From assembly GCA_043228905.1 (NCBI GenBank), contig JBHGNT010000002.1, forward strand, positions 16,182,001 to 16,246,000: 64,000 nucleotides of DNA, given 5' to 3'. Made by a program: the position numbers and the translations under genes. This DNA is from Azolla caroliniana. Lineage: Eukaryota; Plantae; Polypodiophyta. The first letter of the stretch is position 1; the number at the start of each line of letters is the position of its first letter. Shown one piece after another: positions 49,743 through 61,482 of the stretch. The notes below the pieces were generated by a model. That model was not told where the DNA came from. It made no database searches and was given only the letters and a program-made list of their open reading frames with translations.

Positions 49743-52700
49743 TGATAGTAACTGCACGCTCCCTATACGCAACGCTCGGCCACAACCGAGCTTAGAATCA
49801 TACATAGAAAACGGGAAATAAATGCACGATACAAAGAAGAGAAGAGTACATAGGATGTTTACGTGGAAAACCCCAAACTAGGGAAAAAACAACGGCAGCC
49901 CATAGGCTGCAAACTATCACTATGTTAGAATGTACAACAGTGAGTTCACGGAGGCAACGACCTCGTGCTCACGATCTTCACCACAGGCGGCGGTTTCAAC
50001 AGAGGCAACGACCTCTTTCTCTCTCTCTCTCTGTACACGGTTACACGCTCTCTCTCTTCTTGCACCAACAAGAATATCAACAACTAAAAGTTTGCCCTAA
50101 GTCATATTTATACTAATATGACTTTTCGGCTATTTACAAATATAGCCATGATGGACTCTCAGAAACATATTTACGAATATGTCTCTTCATCCGGTGAGAA
50201 CTCCTCACCGGGTCTGCACCATCCGGCTCTCCGTAGTCGGGTACTCCTCATCCGGTTCTCACCGGGTCTGCACCATCCGGCTCTCCGTAGCCGGGTACTC
50301 CTCATCCGGTTTCGGCCGAGGCCGGTTCATCATCACTGTTCTTCTCCCTTCCCATCCGGAGGGACTTGTCTCCCAACAAACTCCCCCTTCACTCCGGCAT
50401 GGGGTGTCTTACTAGTCCGATCCTCTTCCGGCATGCCTCCAGCTTGTCGGGTATCAACACTTTGGTCAGCATATCTGACCCGTTCTCAGCCGTGTGGATC
50501 TTCGTCAGTGCGAACTCCTGGTCATCTACTCTTTCCCGGATCCAGTGATATCTTCGCTGGATATGCTTCGTCCGGGAATGGTAGGCCGCATTCTTAGCAA
50601 GATGGATGGCACTTTGACTGTCGCAATAGAGTCGGTATTCATCTTGCCGGATACCGAGCTCTCCGATGAAGTCCTTCATCCATAATATTTCCTTGCCCGC
50701 TTCCACAGCCGCCATGTACTCCGCCTCTGTGGTTGACAATGCAACCGTCTTCTGTAGCCTCGACTGCCACGAAACAGCTCCCCCTGCATATGTCATTCCA
50801 TACCCGGATGTAGACCGGCTGGTATCCACATCAGCCGACTTTGCAGATTTAAAAGCTAAATTCTTGCATTTTTTTCAAAAGGAGGTGGAGCAGACCATAA
50901 TGGTAGGCTTATTTTATACCATCCGACAGGAGGCAGGGGAGAGCATTCCCCAATTTGTCATCCGGTTTCAACGGATGCATAGTCAGCTTGTCCGCGCACC
51001 CCCGGAGGAGGAATTACGGACTATATTCCTAAACGCGCTTCGGGAACCCCTATGCATGGTTTGCACGGTAATTGACTTCCGCACAAGTACCATCGACCAG
51101 GTCATTGACCGGGTGAGAGAGATGGAAAAGACAAGCTCCTGGCTCACACTGGGAGCACTCCAACGGGCGTTACCGTCCGATGAAGACCTCCGGTTTCGGC
51201 AAGCAATACAATGCACAACCTGCTTGAATTCCGGACACTCGGCTCTAGAATGCACTATGAGGACGCAATGTGTAATCTGTCAATCCAAGAGCCATACGAC
51301 GGATAGGTGCGAGTATAATCTGTTGAACCGGCAAGCACCGCCCGTCCGACAAATTGAGCCACGCAGCAACCAGGATGAAGAAGAGGAACGCTGGCGGCGA
51401 ATGGACCGCGACCGACCGGCACAGGATGTCCGGTATGGCGATTGACGGGAGAATGATGTCAGGTACGGTGATCGGCGGGATAACTATGACCGGCATGATC
51501 GGTACCGGGATTACAATAGACGATACGAACATTACGACCGGGAGCACTCCCCCGGGTATCGTCAACAACGGGAGGAATACGACAGATATAACGGGCAACC
51601 CCGTCAAGAGTACCGCAATAAGAAGAGCTATAACAAAAAACGGCATTTTAAAAAAGGTGGCTACCCCCGGGATCCGGAACAAGGAGCTCCAAGCAGCCAA
51701 CCGGTCCAAAACCCCGCGTGTACCGCAGGACCTGCCCCGGGTACAACAGACAATGCCGAATCTAGCAATACCCGGAAAGCCTACTGCTACTACTGCCGAC
51801 AGGAAGGCCATTATAGTAACCAATGTCCGGTGAAGAGCTATGAAAAACGACCGGCGGTAAATATGGTAGTCCCTGAGGTGGCAGATCTGCAGCAGGTGAC
51901 CACAAGGTCGAAGGGCATGGTCAAGGAATGGGAGACGCAGGAACCTATCCGGAAACAAGTAACGGAATGGGTAAAGAAAGCAAACGAGCAGAATGTCACA
52001 GACTTACAACGGCAAAAGGAGAACACCATAGGGCTTGCCGGCGGTAGTAACTCCAAGAACGAGACATGGCAGGCGTTGCAAGAATGCCAGATTACGTTGC
52101 CACTAGGAAGACTCCTACAACTCGTGCCAAGATTCACGGAAGGACTGAAGACGGCCATGACGGCAGGAGAACCATCACCGGCACCGGTACTCTTCTCGAA
52201 TCCGGAGGAGGGACCAACGGTGGTGGACACCAGTAGTCCGGTAATCACTGCCATTGTAAAAGGGAAAGAACTCCCCGGCACAGTTATAGACGGAGGCTCT
52301 GGGGTGAATGTAATAAGCCTCCGGATGTGTGACGCCCTAGGAATCCACGAGTGGGAGCCATGTCCGTTCTGGTTGCGGATAGCCGATACAAGCTCAATGC
52401 GGTCGACAGGATTAATGCGGAAATTAGAAGTCACCGTCAACGGTCATACATTTCACATCTCAGCAGTAGTGCTACAATTATAGGCACAAGGCGCATACCC
52501 GCTATTGCTGGGGCGGCCATGGTTGAAAACGACACATATCAAACAGAATTGGAGGAAAAATATAATTACCTTCCGGCGAGGAAAAGCCAAGGTACGGGTA
52601 CCAACACAGCCAAGGACGAGCACTGGCAAGGAATGTACACCGTTGTATGCGGAATGCGTCAACATGCTAGAAGGGTTAGCTGACGAAGAAGAAGCTCAGT

Positions 52701-55700
52701 ACCTGCAGGAAAACCCGAAGATCATACCCCTCTTCGAAATTGACATTGCCGAAGCAGTAGCACCATACTTACCGCAACCGGAAGAGGCTGAAGCAGAACC
52801 GGATAAAGACGCAATCCGGGAGTTACGGCAAGCGCAAGAAGCGTTGGAACGGGAAATGGCCGTTTCAGAGCGTGTAAAAGCGTCGCAATTGGAAGAGGTG
52901 AACCTAGGGACCCGGACGAAGCAAAACCGGTGCACATCGCCAAGAAGATGAAGTCTGAGGACAAAACAGCGATGATCACACTTCTCACGGAATTTCGCGA
53001 TGTGTTCACCTGGTCATACGAAGACATGCGAGGACTCGACCCTCAGTTATACCAGCATCAGGTTCACTTGAGCAAGGACGCAAAACCAGTGGCACAAAGA
53101 TGGTACCGGATGAATCCCAATTATGCCGCCAAAGTCAAAGAGGAAATCGACAAACTGCTAAGAGTTGGCTTTATCCGTCCGGTAAAGAAAGCGACATGGC
53201 TGAGCCCGATCGTAGTCGTACCGAAGAAGAACGGAAAAATTCGAGTTTGTGTGGACTACCGGAAACTCAATGCAGCTACGGTAACGGATGCGTTTCCACT
53301 TCCGTTCACAGATGGAGTGTTGGATGCCGTCGCCGGCCATGAGGTCTATAGCTTCCTAGACGGATTCAGTGGGTATAATCAGATCCGGATGCACCCTGAC
53401 GACCAAGAGAAAACGGCTTTCGTCACCGAATGGGGGGTGTTTGTGGCCGTGGTGATGATGTTCGGACTCAAAACGGCACTGGCAACATTTCAACGAATCA
53501 TCATGGAAATCTTTGGTGAATATATTCCGGCTTTTATGCAGGTTTTCCTTGACGATTTCGCCAGCTATAGCCGGGAGGAGGACCATTTTCAGCACCTCCG
53601 CCTTTGTCTTGAAAAGTGTAGAGCGTACCGACTAAGCTTGAATCCGGCAAAATGTGTATTTGGCGTGTCCAGTGGAACTCTATTAGGACATATTGTGAGC
53701 CAAGAAGGTATTGCAGTCGACCCAGACAAAGTGAAAGCCATATTAGAAGCACCGGCGCCGGCAACAGCAAAGGCATTAAGCCGGTTCTTAGGCCAGATCC
53801 GGTGGCACAGTCGGATGCTCCGATATTGGCCGACCTGGCTACACCGTTGCATGCCGCCATACATCGGACACCATTCCAGTGGACCGACACCGAGGATAGG
53901 GCGTATAGGGCCCTCATGGTACTATTGTCGCAGGCACCGGTAGTGCAGCCTCCGGATTGGAGTAAAGAGTTTCACGTGTTCGTGGACGCCTCCTACATCG
54001 CAATCGAAAGCGTACTTATGCAGCTTACGGAGCCAAAATGGTACCGGCCAGTGTACTATGCCAGCCGGAAGCTATCCCAAGTAGAACGGAACTACTCTAC
54101 CACGGAACGAGAAGCTCTAGGGATGATCTACAGTGTGACAAAGTTTCGGCATTATTTATTGGGAAGGAAGTTTTCCTTCCATGTAGATCATTCGGCACTC
54201 CTTTACCTGGTGTCCAAAGCATCACTCACCGGCAAATTGGCCCGGTGGACCTTACTATTACAGGAATTTGAGTTTGAAATATTCCACCGACCCGGTATAC
54301 AGCATACCGTGGCGGATTACTTAAGCCGATTAGAGTCCGGAGAGACGGGTGACGGAGTAGCGGATGAGTTTCCGGATGCGGAGCTGTTTCGAGTCACTAC
54401 GGAGACGACAGCAGATGAGACGGTGGCACAGGAAGACAAATGGCTCACAAATATGCACCAGTTTCTGAGCACAGGACTGCCTCCGGAAGAGATGAACCGG
54501 GACGAACGGAAACGCCTGGCGGTGCAAAGCCGACATTTCTGCTTACTGCAAGACACACTATACCACAAGGGCGCGGACGGCATATGGAGACGGGCGGTGC
54601 GCAGCGATGAAAAGGAACTGATACTGAGGGAAGCCCACTGCGGAGTTGCCGGAGGTCACTATGTCGGAGATGCGACGGCCAGGAAAATATGGCAAAGTGG
54701 CCTATGGTGGCCAACGACATTAAGAGATGCGGTACGATACGCAAAAGAATGTGATCTATGCCAGAGAATGGGCCAGCCAACGAAGCAGGCTCGCATGTCA
54801 CACCAGCCGGTACTACCACTCGAGCCATTCCAGAAGTGGGGGCTGGACTTTGTGGGACCGTTCAAGCCACGGGCAATGAGAATGGGTAATCGATACGTCA
54901 TCATCGCGACGGATTATTGCAGGAAATGGGTGGAGGCCAAAGCATTAAGGGACAACACCGCTGCGTCAACGGCGAAGTTTCTATATGAGCACATCTGGTG
55001 TCGTTACAGATGCCCAATTGAATTAATAAGCGACCAAGGGGGGCACTTTCTCGGCCAAGTAGTGGAAAGCCTGACGACATTCTATGCCGTTGTCCACAAA
55101 CGGAGCACACCTTACTATCCACAAGCGAACGGTTTAGCGGAATCAACGAACAAGACGCTCCAGAATATCCTCCGGAAGATCGTCAACGAAAACCGAACGG
55201 ATTGGGATACAAAGCTACATAGCACAGTTTGGGCATACCGGACGACATACAAGACGAGCATCCGAACAACACCGTTTCGGTTAGCGTTCGGACAAGAGGC
55301 AGTAATGCCAGTGGAATTCCAAGTACCCAGCTTACGGATCCAGCTACGGGAACGGCTGAATGAGAAGGAGTCGGAGGCAATACGGTTGACAACGTTGTGT
55401 GAACTCGAGGAACAACGACTGGCCAGCATCCTGCATTTAGAATTGGAGCAACGGCGATGGAAAGCATTTGTCGACCGGCACAGGAAAGGAAACGAAAAAT
55501 GTTCGCAATCGGCAAACCGGTGTTAGTATTTCAGACCCGGATGGGCAAGATGCCGGGTAAACTACGGTTTAGATGGACCGGACCGTATTGGCTAACACGT
55601 GAGTATAATGGGTCCTACCAGTTAGGGACACTTGCCGGCGAAGTGCTAGGCAAATGGGTCAACGGATTCCGGTTGAAGCCATATAGAGGATCGATGCCTA

Positions 55701-55980
55701 AGAACCCATTTGAGCAAAGGACCGACACCAGTGAGGGAAACGGCAACCACCAAGACGGCAGAGAAGGCGAGCCGGTAACTGGGGAAAATGAGGCCGGTAA
55801 GGGTCCGAGAGGACCAACGGACAAGTAACGTCACACTAAATTAAATTATTGTAAAAAAAAAAAAAAAAAAAAAATCATGCAAAAGCGAGGAATGAATGGA
55901 TGAAAGAGCGAGGAGCGAAAAGGTACGTAATGGGCATTTAAAGCGCCACCACAGGACATAATGCTATTTTAGTACACGAC

Positions 55981-58900
55981 ATGCACACACTCAAAAAAGG
56001 CGCCAGAATGCACAGACAAAAACCACTGCGCATAGAGACCCTTTACTTTCGCGAACCCAGGAGCACAAAAGCACCAAGACGCTGCAAGATCATCAGACGA
56101 GAACCTGCGCACAGAGAACCTGCGCATAGAGAACCCCCGCCTTCTGAACTCTCTCTCTCTCAACCTCACTCTCATCACCATCCAACCTCGCCACCGCAAT
56201 CCGACCTCGACACAGAAATGGACCCGCAAACGCTGTCAGAAGCCGCCAAGACATGGCTAAAGCAACACGGGCTCGAGGGCTTCTTGATGATGATGGAAGT
56301 ACCGCCACACAAAGAAGCCGACAAAGTGATCAAAGAAATCGACACAGAGGTCATAACGGCAGAGGCGATTCGAGCGTTAACAGGCCTTCCGGAGGGAGGC
56401 ATACTCACGATCGACAATCCAACCCCGGAGCAACTCATCAGGTATTTTGGTGAGTACTCTCTAGCCAGCAAGGGCTACCGGACACAGGGTGGCGGAGATA
56501 TGTTGTTCCGCGAGATTGCTCGTGTGCTCCACGAATACGGCCACGTGTACCCTAGACCCCCTGTCATGCCGCAGAACCGGGCAGGGATGATCATCGCCAC
56601 CTATGAAGGGGTCAAGGTGGATTGGCCGGTATTGATCGTAGACTGGTTGTGTGCGGCGATCAAGATCGTCAAAGGCAAAGACGACAAAGAAGGCCGAGAC
56701 GGACGGAGGATATGGCACGCCGTAACGTAGTGGCTCACCTTGCTTGTGCCACCCGTCCAGCCCGTCTAGCCCAAGAAGCGAGGAAGAGTGGCGGAGGGCA
56801 CCCCAAAGACGGCTTCCAAACGACAACAGCTGTTGGCCTCTAAGGCTAGTAAGGGAAAGGCGGCGGATGCAGAACAGGCGACAGCCGGAAGCCAGAGCCG
56901 GAAGCGCCCAACGGAGGTGCAGGAGGAACCACCGGCACAGCCCGTAAAGGTTACACTCCGCCGACCGGTGAATAGAGAAGCGGACCCCTTGGCGGCAAAA
57001 CTCAATGCCGGGGCTCAGGAAGAGGAAATAGAGGAGGAGCCTACGGAGCACCTCCAGCGACGGTCGTCGGCAAGGACTGTTGAGGCAGCCGAGAAACGTT
57101 CGGACCCTCAGACGGAGGGAACACTAGCTCCCCATACTGAGACTCCCACGCCAAGGAAGGAACCGGAACCGGTGCGCATGGCACCGGAATCAGAAGCCCC
57201 GGCACCACCGGCAACACCGGCAAGTCCCATCCCGCCAAAGCCGAAAAGGTCAATGCAGCCTCCCTCGGCCAGCCAAGAAGAAGCGCAAGGGGAACCAGGA
57301 CAACAGGGTGGTCCACGGGCAGAAACGGAACTGTAACTCGGCGCAACCAGGCGGGACCACCCATCTACAAGTGAGCCCATCTGTCAATCCTCCGTGCAAG
57401 CACAACAAGGCATCGGTAGCCTGTGGCTCCGGTGGATAGGCGAACAGATAGCCGGAGCAGTGGGGTATATTGAGGCAGAAGAAAGAGTGCAAAGCGAACG
57501 GTTGCTCGTCACAACCGAACAACTAGAGACGGCCCGGTCCAGAATCCGGTGCCTTGAAAAAGACTTGGATCAGGTCACGACAGAGATGGCCAAAATGGCC
57601 TTAACGGCAACACAGATCCAATCACCGGTGACTCCGGTAAGTGTACAGAATAAAGAAACGGATTGACCTGTACATAGCAATAAGACCTCGGCAACGGAAA
57701 CCGTTCCGGCGAGAGATGCGGCACAAGCCCAGGAGCTTGCGGAATTGAGAGATGAACTTGCCGCACAAGAAGCGCTAAGGAGCCGTGAATGAGAATTGAA
57801 GACAGCGGCCGAAGCCGAATTAAAGAAAACTGCTGAGAACCTCCGCCGGGCAGAGGAGAGCCTCCGGAAAGGCCATCAAGCGTACGACCGGCTAAAGGAA
57901 GAGAAAGACAAAGTGCTGCAGGAAAAGGACAAGCTACGGAAAACGACGGAAACAGAGATTGAACGGCTAAAGGAAGAGCTCCGCCAGCAGAAGGACCGCG
58001 AGGACCGGGCCCGTCGACAGATCAACGCACGACTCAAGCAAAAGACAGATGATTTTGAGCACCTGCACCGGGACTACAAACGGCTGGAAACAGAGCATAA
58101 GGAACAGATGGCCAAGCTCCAGCAGGAAGTTGAGCGGGCCGCGACGGCGATCGCCGACGAACGTGCGGAAAATACAAGATGCTTGGATGAGGCGGAGAAG
58201 GTCCGGATGGAGCTCCAGAGGCAGCAGCAGGCAGAAAAAGAGAGAGCGTCAACAATATTGCAAAAATTACAAAGCACATATCAAAGGCAATTGACGCATT
58301 ACAAGGCGCAGGCGGAAGACAACGTCAAAATCATCAAGCAACTGAAGGAGGAACGACAAGTGGCGGAAACCAAATCGCAATTGGGAACGAGCCGGATTCA
58401 ATCCATCCTCCGGGCATGGCTGAATCAGACAAAACACTTGATTGATGAAAGCTCTGTAAAATGGTGGACAAAGTGGGCACAAAACGCGGCGGAACTTCAG
58501 TTGTTACGGGCAGACGTGGCAAACCGGCGGAAGGAAGGAGATGATTGTTATACGTTGACTTCCGAGGACTTCACCGCCATACGGGACGAGTTGGCCGACG
58601 ACTTCCAAGTCCTGGCAGATGAACAGCTGGCGCAGGTTAGGCAGCTCGTAGCTCAGCTAGACGATGATAGGCTGGACACTCAAATCCAGTTTGAAAGCTA
58701 CGAGCGGTCCCGGGTTCGGGAAGAAAAAGCACGGGAAGCGGCAACGGTTAACCTTAGTGATGAGGAACCATCGCCGGCTGAGGGCCAGCCGGGAACCAGT
58801 CAACCGGAGACCACTACGACGACGGGAGCAACGACGGAGATGCCGGTGTCAGAGCAACAAACAGAGGAGCAGCCGCAGCAGCCACCAACGGACCCGCCGC

Positions 58901-59007
58901 AGCAAACATCAACAGAGCAGCAACAACAACAACAACAACAACCACTTCCAGATGAACCATTGGAGCCTCTCGAACAAAGCATTCTGGATATTTTGGACGA
59001 AGAATAA
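55981..59007 (+). pseudogene. Additional ~1000-codon ORF of element L (globular N-terminus, Pro/Glu linker, long coiled coil)
   Basis: ORFs 55981, 56788, 57394 and 57796 share one frame and are separated only by point stops. Confidence 0.8.
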
Positions 59008-59061
59008 CAAGGGTCGGTTATGGATTCGACGTACAAGGTACTGTCCCACGGGTATGCCATG

Positions 59062-59482
59062 TGTTACCGGCCGACAAAGGAGTCCAGAGTGGGAAACGGA
59101 GAGTTATTTGAGTAGTAGAAATGTGGTTGTAATTAAGCTATGAGTGTGGACGGACGGACCGGAATCGGTATGCCGTTCCCGATCCGGACCGATCCCGAAC
59201 AGGTGCGGATGGCACCGTTTTGTAATACAGATCGGAAACCTATTTAAAGGCCCGGATACAATGTAATGGATAACGGTTAATTAGTAGAGGCTTAGCGTTG
59301 TTATCTCTCTGTGTTAATTGCCGTTCTGTCTTAATTGTTATATTTTACGCGTGTAATTATGAAAGGAACTTAATTAAGTTGGATTAAGCGTTGAGTCTAA
59401 TCCGGTTGCCGTAACACCCTTTGATGAAGTGTCTTCCGTAGACACCCTGTGTTAGGCCATTGTCCGGCTCGAAGAGTTAACA
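59062..59482 (+). repeat. 3' LTR of element L
   Basis: TGTTA/TAACA termini; internal TATTTAAA; copia F resumes at 59483; left boundary inferred. Confidence 0.7.
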
Positions 59483-60777
59483 CATTGCGTACATCAAGCT
59501 CCCGACGACAGAGGCATATGGAATCTTCATCATATCCGCCTTCTCTGCTTTCGTCTTTGGGCTTTGCTTACCGGATAGCCTGCAGTTTGCCGGAAGTGTC
59601 GATCCGACCGGTTTCGCATCTGACATGTTGAACCGCTGACGCACCTTTGTCATGTACTTCTCCTGTGACAACCATAATTGCTTCATTGACCGGTTCCGAA
59701 TAATATGCATCCCCAACATCTGTCTTGCCGGACCCAAGTCTTTCATTGAGAAGGTCCGGTTGAGAGCCTTCTTCAGCATCCGTATTTTGGCTTGGTCCCG
59801 TCCGACGATCAACATGTTGTCCACGTACAGAAGGAGTATCAGGAAGTCGTCTCCTTTGAACTTCTTCACAAACACGCAGTGATCGGTCATGAAGGAATCG
59901 AACTTCCGGTACCATTGTCGGGGAGCCTGCTTTAGTCCGTACAGGCTCTTCTTTAGCCGGCATACCAGGTGCTCCTTCCCTTTCTCCACAAATCCCTCCG
60001 GTTGCTGCATGTAGATCTTCTCTTCGAGGTCTCCGTGAAGGAATGCCGTCTTCACGTCTAGCTGTTCTACCTCGAGGTCCATGCTTGCCGCTATACTCAG
60101 CACCGTCCGGATGGAGGTCATCTTTACTACCGGGGCAAATATCTTGTCAAAGTCCACGCCCTTTTTTTGCTGGAACCCCTTCACCATGATCCTGGCTTTG
60201 TATCTCAGGGGGTTGCCGGCATCTCCCGGTTTCAACTTGTACACCCACTTGTTTCGGAGTGCCCGCTTTCCTTTCGACAACTCCACCAATTCGTACGTAT
60301 GGTTCTTATGCAGGGAATCCATCTCATCCTACATGGCACTTAACTATTTGTGGCTGTGGGTGTCATCCTTCGCTTCTTCGAAGCTTTCCGGCTCCCCCTC
60401 ATCGGTCAACAGAACATGCTCTGCATCCGGAAATCTCCGGGGCGCCCTTCTCTCTCTGAGAGGATATCTCTGTCTTCGGGCTTCGGTAACCGGCTCCTCC
60501 ATTTGCTCTTCATCCGAATCCGATTCGGGGTCTTGGCCGGTTCCGGTTTCAGCTTCCTCTACTTCTTCTTCAGCCTGTTCGGTATCCTCACCGTAACCGG
60601 CTGGTCCCTCGAGTGCTAACCGGTCTCTTGCCGGTTGGGTCTACTCATCGTAGAGTCGATCCTTACCGGTCGACTCAGAGTTCATTATCTTCTTCTCCGA
60701 CTCCCAGTCGGCGAGCGTCTTGTCCTCCATGAAGATAATATCTCGACTCCGGAATACCTTCTTGTCGACCAGGTCCC

Positions 60778-61482
60778 ACACTCGTAAAACTCTTGTTGTG
60801 CTTTCAACACATCCTCATTAATAATCAACTCTGGCCCAATCAAATTCTTAAATGAGTAATTTACATAACTCAATAACCTTGATTGGGTCTACAACAATGT
60901 CATCCCCTATCTTAATTTGTACCACATTTGAACGACCATATGGTGGTATTAATCCTTGAAAAAACATATGAGATTGTGATTGATTATCTATAAATCCCTC
61001 CTTTAATTGACGTAATCTTGTCTATTGATAACTTTGACAAGACAAATTCTTCACAATGTCCTGTACTTGAACTTGAACATCCAAAAGCTCTTCATCATGT
61101 GGATTATTCATCAATAGTACATTGCATCGCATAAGAATATATGAAAACTTATCAATCAATTTCTTACGTCTTTTAGCATTAGCCATACCATATATACGAT
61201 AAATATCATTGATGTTTTGTAGTGTTGTATCCCATGCATGCCATCCTTTTGAAATAACTTGTTCTTAAAACATGCCATAAATTTGTTGCATATAGGCATC
61301 AAATAATGAATGTAATAATAAAGAAGAATTAAACCTCAAAGGAACTCGATCAAGCAATGTTTTGTACATATCCACCCCATGTTTATTAAACTCAAAACAT
61401 ATGGGAAAATGATATGATGTCACAACCTCTTGCATAATTGACATATTAAGCATCTCTGGCAAAAAGGACTCATCATGCATAA
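60778..61482 (-). mobile_element. Upstream part of the same LINE ORF2 (endonuclease end + linker)
   Basis: SYHFPICFE and PLRFNSSLL motifs; FKNLIG…AQQEF joins to SVVNTNICQELDVDF at 49282. Confidence 0.75.

Larger units (their letters stand above)
50834..59482 (+). mobile_element. Ty3/gypsy non-chromovirus (Athila-like layout) element L with an extra ORF; 5' LTR missing
   Basis: gag with CCHC knuckles; protease IDGGSGVN; RT 52930-53820 (FLDDF); RNase H/integrase to 55828; extra ORF 55981-59007; 3' LTR TGTTA…TAACA 59062-59482. Confidence 0.9.
49743..60784 (-). mobile_element. Copia element F, 3' half (integrase C-terminus to 3' LTR), interrupted by gypsy L
   Basis: 3' LTR 49743-50378; PPT 50379-50392; RNase H 50389-50829; RT 59483-60322; truncated at RVWDLVD (~60784). 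Confidence 0.92.

Noticed and set aside
50666-51445. 259-aa ORF
   Set aside because: Antisense copia RNase H fused to gypsy gag at a junction; not a gene
55852-55874. Poly(A) tract as the tail of a retrocopy
   Set aside because: No TSD or upstream retrogene; it lies in the pol-to-extra-ORF spacer of L
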